A stretch of DNA of 64,000 bases from assembly GCF_016432865.1 (NCBI RefSeq), contig NC_067403.1, forward strand, positions 245,520,001-245,584,000, in the 5' to 3' direction. The translations under genes were made by a program, and so were the position numbers. Origin of the DNA: Antechinus flavipes (Eukaryota). The notes beneath the pieces were generated by a model. That model had not been told where the DNA came from. It made no database searches and was given only the letters and a program-made list of their open reading frames with translations. This document shows, one piece after another, positions 38,816 through 51,552 of this stretch (its first letter is position 1; each line of letters begins with the position of its first letter).

Positions 38816-41322
38816 TGTACTACTACAGTATATCTGTTTTTGATTTATTTGACTTTGCTTCATTTTGTTTTGCCATAGCAGACCAACATTATCAAAAGCT
38901 TCAATGTGATTCTCAAGCTGCCACTATATCTCACAGATAGCCTTCACTTTCTCTAAGGTCTAGAATGTTATTTGTCTCCATCATGTTTGAATCAGCCCAG
39001 GGCTAGAACAATGTTCAAATCTTTTTTTTTTTTTTTTTTTTTTTTTTTCCCCCGGCAACATGAGTCTAAAACAGAAAAAAAGATAGGTGTTGAACTTTGA
39101 CTATTTTCATCTTGAGTTTCCCTCTTCCCTCAGCTATGTACAAATGCCCCTTCCTATATCTGAAGTTGTTGATCAAACTCCTAGCGATCTCTCCAGGATA
39201 TTGAGAGGTTACCAACATCACAATGGATCACACAGCTAATCAGAGGCAGGAAAGGAGGGAGTAGAGAGAAATTCTCAGATTTGTCCTTGTTTCATAACCA
39301 ATTATGGCAGGACTTCCTAACTCTAAGATCATTTCTATCTAGTGTCTCTCAGATGACTGCAGAGATATAAAGAGGAAAAAGTGGTGTTAACTTTGACTAC
39401 CTGAACTAATAGAAGAGTACTGTACTTAAGGCATTTAATAATGTCCATTAGTTTTGGGAAGATGTAGATGACATTAATTCTCAATATAATTTTGCTTTAG
39501 AAGCTGTCACTATGGTATTGCTTTCTTTGAATAAAATTTCTCTGATACCTGAGTAGAGAAACAGTTAAGATGTGATCTGAATGGTATTTCTAATCCAGAA
39601 AAGAACTCACATTTCTAGATTGTTTTTAGGTTTCAAAAATCCATCAAGCATTTGGAACAGCTCTGGATCAGATTTGGATCAATAATTAGGTTTGTCCATT
39701 ATAGTAGTTTGGTACTTGAGTTGGTTACACAAAAGAATGTTAAACCCAAGCAGGAAATTAAGAACTTAAATCTGATATTACTGTTTTAAAGTTGCAAGTG
39801 ACATAAATACTCACTTGGAAAGAACCATGAAGGAAATAATGAACAATTGGTAGTCTGACCTTAGAAAGACCCCTAAACATCCTACTGAATCCACAAATTT
39901 GAAGATGTTTAAAGAAAAGCAACACACTCCCAAGGTACACTTTTTTAGATACAGTTCTCTGCTTTATACTTTTCATGGAATTGAAATCAATAATTTGCAA
40001 GTTAATTTGAAACATTGGCTCTTTGAAAATATTATTAATACAATATTCTTTTAAGCTTAATCTACATTATTAATGTTTTCTTCATCATATTCATGATTCT
40101 AGATAGTCAACCAAACAATAAACCAAATACCTTGGCTGGTTGATTTTCAATGAATAAATGATTACACGTGAAATTTAAATATTTAATGGTGCAGCTTGAG
40201 GCAAGTTCCAGCAGATCCCTTGGTTAGCATTGAGCTTATCGGACCTTGACAGATTACATCAAATCTCTCAAAATAAATAAATGTTAAATTCTAATCAAAC
40301 AGATTTATTTATTTATTGCTATTAATAGATTTTGCAAAAGAATTATTTGAAAAATGTAACATTTCTAAATCTCGGTGGAAGAGAAGTTTCTTTGTCTTTG
40401 TCAATGAAAGAAGGAGAATTAAAAATCTGATGACATTCACCACTACTCTAACTTACCTATTTCTGAGATGTTAGAGCAAAACTTAAATAAGTCACAATTA
40501 TGCTAATACAATGGTTTCCAGGACCTAGTTTTGAATTTTAGACTCAAAATGCTGCAGTCTGTACCACCCAACTGATTTATCTTAACTTCTTTTCTATCAG
40601 TCAGTAACTTACATAGGCTCTCCTCCCACAATTGTGTATATTCTAAATGCTAAAACTATCTTATCTCAAGACTCTACTTAGACAGCTTCAGTGATTCAAA
40701 CTCTTATCCTACAAAAGAAGACATTTGAATTATGAAGTTTGATTTTTAGTTTTATTTTGCTTTATTTTTTTTTATCAAAATCTGTTTTGTTCTTTCATTT
40801 TCTATGTATTATTCTTATTTCTACTTTGATAGGCTTAAAAGAACCAAAACAAATTTTTCTTTTGACAATTCTTTAAATTTTTGACAAGAGAGGCTTCATA
40901 TCAACTGATCTCATGTATTTCTTTCTCTAGGTTAAACATGTCTGCTTCCTTTATTTAATGTTTACTTGGTAAAGTTTTAAGTGTTCTTCCCATCAAAGAC
41001 ATTTCCCAATTTGTCAATGTTCATCCTTGAATACTGTGTACAGAATTGAAAAAAAAAAAAAAACTTGAGATTTGATCAAGGCAATGCTTTCAATAACTCA
41101 GTTTAATATTTAATATCAATATCAAGCATAAATCAACAAAAGTTCCCAAGTAATATTTCTCATGACAATTCTTGTTTTGACAAATAGCAAAATTGGACCT
41201 TCACATTAGGATCGTCTCCTCACAAAAGAGTGATTTGACAGTGAATTTTTCAACAATTTTTTGCTTAAGGATCTACTTCTAATCCAAATCTTTGCTAATT
41301 GCTGAGGGGGGGAGGGGGGAAC

Positions 41323-41683
41323 GTTCTGTTTGTTTTATCTTGCTCCGTTATTCATATCCAGAAATACGAGCCTTTATCTCTTCAAGTTCCAGTCTCTTTT
41401 TTTCCATGAACATTGGACAAGTGTTCCAGTTTTATATGAACTTAGCCATCCTAAGCAGTTGGGAGACAGAAAGCCTTTTCTACCTGAGACTCCCACATAA
41501 TGGCTTGACATTGTTTTCTATGAGACACTCCTTTTCATGTACTTAACAGACCTTCTCAAACTTTTCCTTAGTTATTGACAAAATATCATCAATATGCTAC
41601 GCACTATTGATCTCCTGGTGAATGTTATGAGTCGGGCTCTGAAGAGTTTTCAACAAATCTTACCAATTTAAAAAACCCTATAA
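41323..41683 (+). pseudogene. OR8J-like 3' remnant (late ECL2 to C-terminus only)
   Basis: Aligns by eye to OR1 ~4035-4436: ttttatcttgctc..ttcatatccaga, gccatcct, ttttctatgagacactccttttcatgtac, gctctgaagag. There is no OR homology upstream of a G-rich tract at ~41305-41320. Confidence 0.85.
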
Positions 41684-42810
41684 ATTTCCAAAGAGTAAGA
41701 AAAGTGATTCACAAAACATATTGTTTTATGTGTTGCAAGCAAATTATCAGCAGTGAAAGACAACACAGAAAATTAGTTAAATATAAAGAAAAAGGAGCAA
41801 AAAAAAAAAAAGTCTCATAAGAGATAGATCTGGTACTCATTCAGTAGATACAGACAAGTTTAGAAGAAAATCAATATAGAAGCAAGTGAGGGAAAAAAAT
41901 AACCTTGATGGAGACAGGGGGAAATAAGAAAAGAGTGTATAATAAAGAAAAATCAGATCAAATGTGACAACCAGAAGATGATGTACTAAGAAGTTTATGT
42001 TAACATCTTTGGAATCCTTTTATAATTGGTAATAGGATTATGCAACACTCTATGTGGATGAAATGGAAATATAATGCAATTTGCAGGAGGACTGAAGTTT
42101 CAGAAATCTATTTAAAACCACATGATTATTGATTTTTATTTTGGTAAATGATCTAATGATACTATAATTTCATTTAAACCCTCCAATGGCATAGCTGAAA
42201 TGTAAATGCCATTTTAACTTACTTCACTTTGTTATTAAGTATTTATTAAGCACTGTTGTGCCATAGTATAATTATTCACATTTAGAGTTATTATCATTAA
42301 AATAGCATCAATTCAATTTAAATACAGGAATAGGTGGGTGAGAAAATATTTAGAAGAATCTTAGCTAATTGGCTGAATTTTTTCTAAAACATGCATATTA
42401 AATGAGAATCATGAAGGTTGTAATTTTTGGGGACTATTTTAAGCTTTATTACCTAAAATGCTGTTCCATTGCTAACATTTATCACAGAGTGAATGAGAAT
42501 TTTATTATTGATCCTGGGATTTACTAGATGCTCTTAACTTTGAAACTGGGGGACTTTGGACATACCAAGGATCCTATGTGAAATCTTCAGGAAATATGAA
42601 TGGGACAAATAAGTAGAAATATACTTACTTGTCACATTCATATTTCCTGAAGATTTCTTACTTGAGAATAATACATAAACAACCTAAGGACATTTCTGAA
42701 GCTTTCTATTGGTTACAGATGAGATGCTGGATATTATGTCTATCATTGTCCTCCTTTAAATTAAAATGAGTAACATTGAACTTAAAAAAAAAAAAAAAAA
42801 AGATACACTC

Positions 42811-43050
42811 ACCAGGTAGGTAAGGTGGCTTGTAGTCTCAGCTACTTGGGAAGCTGAGGCTGGAGGATTGCTTGAGCCCAGGAGTTCTGAAGTGCCCTAT
42901 GCTCTGCCAATTGGTGTCTGCATAAGTTTTGCATCAATATGGTAATGCCCTAAAGAGGGGTAAACTGGCTCAGGTCAGAAACGGAGTAGATCAAAACTCC
43001 CCTACCAGATCAGTAGTGTAAATAGTCACTATAATCCTGCCTCAGGGAGA
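42811..43050 (+). pseudogene. 7SL (SRP RNA) processed pseudogene
   Basis: Matches the 7SL Alu domain (tgtagtctcagctacttgggaagctgaggctggaggattgcttgagcccaggagttct) and the S domain (gcatcaatatggt, gagggg.aaactggctcaggtcagaaacggag, tcaaaactcc, gatcagtagtg). An 11-bp TSD AAAAAGATACA lies at 42797-42807 and 43114-43124. Confidence 0.9.
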
Positions 43051-44171
43051 TTTTAATTTTTAAATCTTTTTAATTTTTAAAGATCGTAAACAACAACAAA
43101 AAGATTACTTATTAAAAAGATACAATTTTGTCAATTTCTTGAAGTAATTACCATGGAATATGGTTTTTTCTTTGACATGTGAAGGGTCCTGGCAAAATAT
43201 CCAATTTGTATATAATTTTATATCTTCTAAGATGAAAGAAAGAAATGTAAAGATCATAGCTTTACTTGCTCAGTGCAGGTAAAAGGGGAAAGAGAAATAA
43301 GAAGTTCCCTTGTTCTCATACCCAGTTTTTTTTTCTATTCATTCTGGTTGTTTAAAATATTATTTTATGGATATTCATAGACAACAACAATTACAACAAC
43401 AAAAAATAACTTTCAAGTTGGCTTTTCCCTACTGCTTTCTGAGAAGATTCAGACTATATTCCATAACATCAAGAATCCAAGGTTATTTCCTTCTAAACTT
43501 AGCAACTATAGGGACTTTTGCTGTTTCTAGGTGAGAAAATATCAAGTGAGTTATCTGATAATAAAATGTCTCTATTTTATAATATGTTGAAATTTACAAA
43601 TTTACTTAGGGCAGGTTTTGCTTTTTATGCAATGTATCTTCATGGTAAGACTAAAACAAATTATACATCCATTTTTTGGAGGTTTATTTGTGCTTTTATT
43701 AGGAAGATGGTTATGTTGCTGTTGTTGTTATTGTTTTACACAAATCACCCAATTATAAAGTTTAGTTGACCAATACCACAGATATTTCATGCAATTATAG
43801 AAATTAAAAGGCATATGGTTGATTGGATACTAATAATGGTTAGAAAACCAATCTCTTTATGATACATTATTGAGGTTCATAGTACCATCATAAGAACAAG
43901 CTTTGTAAACATAACATGGTTTTGTGTCATTGAATATGATAATTAAATATATCAAAAATTTGCTCAGGTTCAACTTCATCATATCAACAGCAAAGGAATC
44001 TGTCTCTGGAGCAGACACTAAGGAAACATTATGTGAAGTAAGGCAATCTTTACTGAATTTCTTGATGTTACATTGAAGAGTGAAAGGAATTTGGAAATAT
44101 CTTACACTCCTAATCTTTCATGAGTGGTGTATCCTATATTCAAAGAGCTTACATCAAACTATTTTCCTTGA

Positions 44172-45130
44172 ATGGAAGAAATGGATAATTGTAATGAGAC
44201 TGCATCAATTCAAGTAACTGAATTCATTCTCATGGGCATCTCGAATCATCCTGACCTACAGATCCTACTTTTTCTTGTGTTCCTCATCATCTATATATTC
44301 ACAGCTTGGGGAATCTAGGTTTGATTATCTTGACCAAGATTGATTCTCGCCTGAAAACCCCCATGTACTTTTTCCTCCGGAATCTGGCATTTATTGATCT
44401 TGGATATTCCACTGCGATTGGTCCCAAAATGTTGGTTAATTTTGTAGTGGAAGAAAATATCATATCTTATACTGGATGTGCAACTCAGCTAGTTATTTTT
44501 ATAACATTAATAGTAAGTGAGCTTTTTATGTTATCAGTGATGGCCTATGATCGCTATGTAGCTATCTGTAATCCCCTACTGTACATGGTCATCATGTCAG
44601 ACAGAATGTGCTATCTCTTAGTGGCCATTCCATATCTCCATAGCTCCTTTGTTGCACTGTTGACAACAATTAAGATTTTTAATTCCTCTTTTTGGAAATC
44701 TAATACAGTTAGTCATTTTTACTGTGATAGTCTCCCCCTCTTAACTATCTTATGCAAAGATGCAAAGGATGTAGAATTATTCATTCTGAGCCTTTCTGCT
44801 TTTAATTTGGTTTTCTCTCTTTGGGTTGTTCTTGTTTCATATATACTCATTCTTATGACCATCCTCAGGATGAACTCTGCTGAAGGCAGACGCAAAGCCT
44901 TTTCCACCTGTGGCTCCCATCTCACAGTGGTGGTTGTATTCTATGCGACACTAACTTTTATGTACTTGCAACCCAAGTCTAGTCATTCCTTTGATACAGA
45001 CAAAATGGCAGCTGTCTTTTATACCCTGATCATTCCCATGCTTAACCCATTGATCTATAGTTTGAGAAACAAGGAGGTGAAAGATGCCTTGAAAAGAGTC
45101 CTAGAGAAACAATGCAAGTGTCTTCTTTAA
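44172..45130 (+). pseudogene. OR8K-like gene (OR4) with a single 1-bp deletion frameshift
   Basis: ATG 44172 (MEEMDNCNETA) reads to ...ACA GCT TGG GGA ATC TAG, with the stop at 44316-44318. Paralog OR5 has GCTTTGGGG where this copy has GCTTGGGG (44304-44311). The shifted frame 44306-45130 is fully open with all OR motifs. Confidence 0.92.
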
Positions 45131-46177
45131 TGTTTCTCCTTTTCAAAGAGTAAATCTTTCTTTTCTATTTTCTCTTTAGCTTAGCTGAAACTTACTTATT
45201 GCATCCAAGGCCTCTGTATACTGGAGGGTACCAGGGAGAAAATTTAGAGAAATGTATCTCTTATTTAAATTCCTATTAATGACAAACATAATAACTATAA
45301 TGTCTTTTCTTAGTGTTTTCTACAAGATATAACTAGTTCTTGAAACCAACCATTTTACTTTGGGATTGCTCCAATTGTTTTGTTGTAGTGTTTTGTCATT
45401 GTTTAATTGTTCTCTTAATACTGCCTAAATTTGCCTTTCTTAAATCTCTCCCATATTCCTATTTCTTATTTTTGAGATTAACCAGAACAAGTTAATTCTC
45501 TCTTCAATGACACAATTCTGTATATAAGTGAAAACAACTTTTGTTCCACACATTAGAAACCCAAACCTTCTTTTCTTTAAACTAAACCTTCTAAGTGACT
45601 TTTACCAATCTTCATAAAATTCAGGTTATAATAAGGAAAAAAAAATTCTAATAGATCTGTTCCAAAGTTTAAAGGATTACCTCAGGAGGTAGAGCTTTTG
45701 AAAAACTTCAAGAAAATGTTTTGTCACAACTTTTCATTATTATCATTAATGGATTCTTGTTCAGGGAAGTAAACCATAAGGTTATGGTTTACTAGAGAGG
45801 ACTTGAGTTATAGATGAAGTATCTACCAGGATCTTTTTTTTTTTTTTTGGACATTCAGTAAAACTCTATTGTTTTTTTCTTCCTTCTCAATAGAAAAATT
45901 TACCCCACTCTTTGATATAGGCACTGTTGATTGATCAATTACCACACATTTGTCAGATGTTTTACTTAATCATCTCCCTCATAAATAGCTCCATAAATCA
46001 CTTTTTAAAAATTCAAAATCTCTAACACTCTTTGCTTTGGGTAAATCCATTCACTCTAATATTCTGAAATTGTTGAGAAAGTCAATATTCACCTTATGAA
46101 CAGCAACATTACATACTCAAAGCCTCGTGTGTGGTGGAAACTGGAATCTTAAATGGATATTATACTTTCTTTCCAGA

Positions 46178-47127
46178 GTGGATAATTTAAACAAAAGAAG
46201 TAGAGAGATGGGAGTGATTTCAGGTGACTGAACTTATTCTTGTTAGACTTACAGACAGTCCAGAGTTGCATGGCCCCTTGTTTCTGTGGTTCCTTTTCAC
46301 CTACATTGTTACCATGGTGGGAAACTTGAATATGATCATCATCAAACCAAGATTGATTCCTACCTGCAAACTCTTGGGTACCTTTTCCCTCAGGCACATG
46401 GCATTTACAGATTTTGGCTATTCTATTATCACTGGCCCCAAAAGCTGATCAGCTTTCTAGAGGAAAAAATGCTATCTCCTACAAATGGTGTACAACACAG
46501 AAATTTGTCTTTATTGTATTCACATTCACTGAATTTTGCAGACTGTTAGCTATGGCTTATGACTACTATGTAGCTGTTTGTCAGACTCTCCTCTAAATGC
46601 TCATCATGGCTGAAACATTCGTTTGGGTTTACTCTCACCTTTATAGCATCTTTGTGTTATTTTTCATCATATTTAAGCTTTTTACTTTTTTTTTTCAAAA
46701 CTAATTCAATAAGGCATTTTTTACTGTGATACTTTCTATGTTGTTTATTCTCTGCATTTTTATATAAAATAAAATAAATCATTCTTAGTTTTTTGTGTTG
46801 TAAATTTAATTTCCTCTTTTCTGGTTGTTCTCATTTTCTATATGGTCATTCTAGTTGCACCTTCAGGATGAACTCAACAGTGCAAGCATAAGACCTTTTT
46901 CACTTGTGTCTTCCTGTGTCCTCATTATGGTGATTGTATTCTATGGGACTCATCTCTTCATGTACCTGCATCTCCAAAGTAACCACTCCTATATAGAATG
47001 GCCTCTGTATTTTATATTCTTGTTATCCCTATACTTAATGTTTTGATCTATAACTTGAAGAACAAGAAGGTGAAAGCTGCATTCCTAGAAAAGATTCATA
47101 GAAAAACAAGGCAAATGTTTTCTTTAA
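46178..47127 (+). pseudogene. Degenerate OR8K-like pseudogene (multiple frameshifts and stops)
   Basis: Start decayed to GTG GAT AAT after the acceptor ctttctttccag. Recognisable fragments across frames: TELIL..TDSPEL, MAFTDFGYS..TGPK, AMAYDYYVAVC, VFYGTHLFMYL, and TTGATCTATAACTTGAAGAACAAG (IYSLRNK-like). Confidence 0.9.
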
Positions 47128-48304
47128 TGGGCAACGATGAAAAAGATTTACTTTAAATAAAGAAAGTGCATCTTCCTCCTCTCCTTTAATGAAATTATGT
47201 CCAATCATTTAGATTTGAAGAAAATTTTCTTCATAAAGAAAATCTTTACCTTATTATTTTCTGCTCAGTTAAATAAAGAATCATCTGTAATAAGAAATAA
47301 CTCACTTTATTGGCTATGATTTTATACTAATTGTTAGCTTGCAGATTATACATTTTAAGAGGGACTCCAGAAAAATGTAGTTTACTATGCTGAATACAAA
47401 TCTATTTTACTACTATACACTTGACAAATGGCAAAGTTTTATGTGAAACCCTGAGAGCAAGGACTGTACTACTTGCTATAGAAATTTCTTCTAATTTTAG
47501 ATGTTGACAAATATTTCCCTGAGATTTTCCCCTTATCAAGTTCTACCCATTTCTCTTAATTCTGTTATTGGGAACCAGGAAAAGTAAATCTGTTTTCTCT
47601 TTTTTGTGATATGCATAAAATTTTCAAGACTTAACTTCCATTCCTCCTTAAGTATAAAAATTTTGATATTTTGTTCACCAAGCTAAATAGCCTTTGTTCC
47701 TTCAACTAATCTTCACATAGTACAAAACATTTGTCATTCTACTTGCTTTTTTTCTGGTTGCTTTCTGACTCCTCTTTCTTCACAAAATTTGAAGTTTAGA
47801 ATGAAATACGTTTCTCAGTAAATCATCTGACTGTAACATAGTACCTTTTGTTATTTGAATCACTAGTTTTAGAATATGTGCCTCTCTTAAAGCAATGTAA
47901 GATCAAATTAATTTGGCTGGTTTATATCAAAGTATTGATAATGATGGTGATGGTATAATTATATAATCAAGTCATATAAAATATTTTGCATATATTACCT
48001 AACTTCATCTTCAATAAAATTTGAGGTTGGTAATTATTGGTCCTATTTTATGTTATGACTAGATAATTAAATTGTGCTGTCCATGGATGGATAATTTAGC
48101 CAATGATTGATACAGATTTCTAAAGCAAGTTTTCCTAATCTCCAAGTTCAGAATTCAACCAACTTTGCACTTAACTACCTATTGTATTGATGTGGTAGCA
48201 CACATATAGCACATTCCTTCAACTCTACCTTGAACTGACTGAAGTTTTAACTTAAGTTTAGAAACTTAATATATCCCTATTATTTTTTAATCACATTATC
48301 AAAA

Positions 48305-48500
48305 TCACCTTTTAGACAGCTTTGCTATGCAGTGAATAGGATATACATGTTGGATGCTCAAATACTGACACTGATTAGCTGTTTTAACCTCCTCAAGTCA
48401 CTTGACTATGCTCTCCTTCAGTTTCTTCATTGTAACATTGGATAATAACAGTGCAAAACAGAGTTGTTGTAAGGATGAAAGATGTAAGAGTCTGAAAAAT
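48305..48500 (+). mobile_element. MIR fragment
   Basis: caagtcacttgact..cttcagtttcttcattgtaacattggataataaca...gttgttgtaaggatgaaa. Confidence 0.6.
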
Positions 48501-51500
48501 TCTAATGTAGTTTTAAATTTTATAGCTTAGAAAATCTACTAACATTGTGTGTATATTTTGTGTGTGTGAGTGTGTCTGTATATGCTTTGTGTCTATGTCT
48601 ATGTGTATCTGTTTTATGTCTCTGTTGGGAGGAGAAGGGAGAAAGAAAAAGTCAGAAAGATAGACAGAAAAACAGAAAGAGGAAGTGAGAGGAGGGAAAC
48701 AAGAGTTCTGTCTTTAAAACTAGCCATCCAGCCTGAATTAGCGTTATGTGTTATTCAATTTTTAACTCTCATGTAATGTTTCCTTCACAGATAGAGGAAA
48801 TGGGAACTAATTTTATTCTCAGTTTAGACTCAATGGGAGTATGGATAATAAAGAGAAGGGTTTGCCTTTCAGTGGCCTACTGATGAGATGCAAAATGTGA
48901 TAAGAACTGTCATGGATTTTTTTTTTTTCCTTCTATTAGTCATCATGCTTTTTTCCCCCTTGGGAGCTACAGTATTCCCTCCCAATAATTTTGGCATAAT
49001 TTCCCTTGAGTCTGATAAAGCTAATTAATTTAGCTCATGAGCATTCTGTCATTAAAATTGGTAATTTTCTGTAATTCCCTGAATGGTCTCCTTACCTACT
49101 CTTCATGTCTGAAGTTGTCTGTAGTTGGCAACATTCTCCTTCAGCATTTACTATTAGGCAGCCCATCAATCCTAGTGACATAAATTCTTCTAAAGACTAT
49201 CCCCATTCACTGTAGGACTTGAAGAAAGTATTTTCAAGTTATCTAATTTTCCCTTTAACAGTAAATGGCATGAAGACATAATTTATAGGCCAGCATTTCA
49301 ATTCATCATCAAAGAACCATAACAACAACCTACACAAACACATACACACACACACACACAATAATTTGAAAATCATAACTATCTTGGGAGTTAAATTCCA
49401 TCTCTTCCCCATTGGTCAAATGTATTGATGGACATCTAATATTTTTAGCATGTACCTACCAAGATACATCTGTTGTATCATGTAGCCAGTCTTATAACTA
49501 AGCCAGTTTATCAGGTCCTAGAAACTGGGTAATCTTATTTTACAAACACATTAAAACTGAAAGAGCTTGAGCGTTTTGTCCACCATTATATAGATTATAT
49601 GAGTCACAAAAATATTCTAATTTAAACCTTTCTGATAACAATGTCAGAACTATATCTACTATGCCATGTCTACTATGAAAAGGAACAATACAACCAAAAT
49701 CTGTACTAGTATCTATACTGGTATTTCTTGTGGGTCTATAGTTCCCAGAGTAATGACAATATCAGGCAAAAGTTGTATGTCATATTCAATATCTGACAAG
49801 TGTTAGTGATAAAGTTAATCGTAGAAATTGAAAGAGAAAATATCCTTTTGGGGAGTGGTTAGGGACTTGTATTTTGAGTCAAGCAAATGCAAACCAAGAA
49901 AGTTATTCTTAAGAAACCTAGACAATTTTAGTATAAGTATGATGTTTGCCCTAGCCAGACTACAAAATAGTAGTATCCTGAAATCAACTAAGTCTGATCC
50001 ATGGTGTTATCTTCCCTTAGTACCCAGCCATCTTTTCATAAATTACCTAGCTGTGTTTTGCACATTCTATCCACAGCACCATGATCAAATCACTTCTATT
50101 AATGTTCCTTGATGGATTGAACACCCTGTGCCGAACTCAACACCCCTTCAAGTTTTCAGATTAAAAGTGTTCCTCCTTGTTTTGTTAAAATATACACACA
50201 TACAGACAAACCTTTCAAAATAATATTAGAATTTGAGCTTTTTAATGACAGATACTATCCTTGATTGTATTTGTATCACCATAATTTAGTAGAATAAATT
50301 TAATAATTGTGTTGTTGTTCACCTATTACTTATTTTCTGAGTTTCTCCATCATATGAATTCATAAGTAGGTGAAAATCAATTCTGTATCAATATTTAGGT
50401 CTAGACACCAGTGCTTCTTTGGAATAAAGCATTCTGAGGACACCATCTACTTATACTTCCACCTTTTATTAAGAATTTTTGTGTCTCTGACTTACACTTT
50501 ACTCACATGTCACTGGGTTACTGCATGAATTTTTCTTATCCTCTTATCATTTAATTATATCTGGAAATATGGAGTCAGATATGATTCTTTGTCAAAGCTT
50601 ATCCAAATACTATTAACAGGAAAACTTCACCATTTTTAGAAGGTACTTATAGTGATCAGTTCTTTCATCATTTTCTTAGTCTCTAGTTCCTTGTCAATCC
50701 ATTAGTTTCTAAAGGCATCTCCTTAACATTTGTAAACAGTCATCTGTACATCCTATTCATCCTGCTTAATTCTATGTGACAGTTGTGAGTGAGAAAGAAG
50801 ATGTTGAAATTCTAGGTTTGAAAACATCATGATAAAAGATTAGGATAATCTGAAGTGTATATTGAGAGAACAGTGAAGTTTCATCTAGTAGTCAATTAAA
50901 TTTATCATCTGAATAATTAAGGAAAAGACCTGCTAATTTTTGGAAATATTTTCTGGTACAGAGAATATAAGAAAAAAATATTGCTAGTCTATGTTCAAAG
51001 GTTCAAAATGGTTATTATTGATTTTGGCCCTATATTGATTGGATACTTTGGAGTCTCATAGAATTGATTTTGATTGTGTAAAAGCAGTCTCAATTTCCAA
51101 CAGGCAAATCAATGAAAAAACATGTATTAAATTATTATTTGCAATGGCACTCTCCAAAGTACAAGAGAGGGTAATATGAAGAAAAGGAATAAGCATTTAA
51201 GCACCTCTTAAGTACTGTTGTGCTAAGTCCCGGGAAAGAAAATACAAGGAAAAATAAAGATAGTTTCTATTTCCAAGGAAGGAGCAATGTAAAAATATCC
51301 AAAAGGAAACTAAAAAGTAAAGATGATAGAAGAAAAGACAAACATGAATGAGAAAAAGGAGGAGTTAAAATGGTGGAGAAATCCTCAAAGTTCTAAGCAA
51401 AACTTTGAAGAAAATGAAGGTTGGTCATATTGCATCCTTCCCTAAATGAGAGGAACTCAGTAATGGAAAAAAATGAGGTAAAGTGATGTTCTGGGTAAAT

Positions 51501-51552
51501 ACATAGGAATAAAATCTCCACTGTGTCCTATCAGTTAAAATGAGCTACTCCA

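Noticed and set aside
42811-42890. Alu-like sequence suggesting primate contamination
   Set aside because: It continues into the 7SL S domain, which Alu lacks, and has a local TSD. It is a 7SL retrocopy.
50236-50248. AGCTTTTTAATGA, a 12/13 match to the AACTTTTTAATGA homeodomain 13-mer of the mouse H/P OR elements
   Set aside because: It lies within a decayed L2-like 3' end (gagct...acagatactatcc...tgtatttgtatc) with no adjacent O/E site. An 11-mer core match is not improbable in 64 kb of AT-rich DNA.
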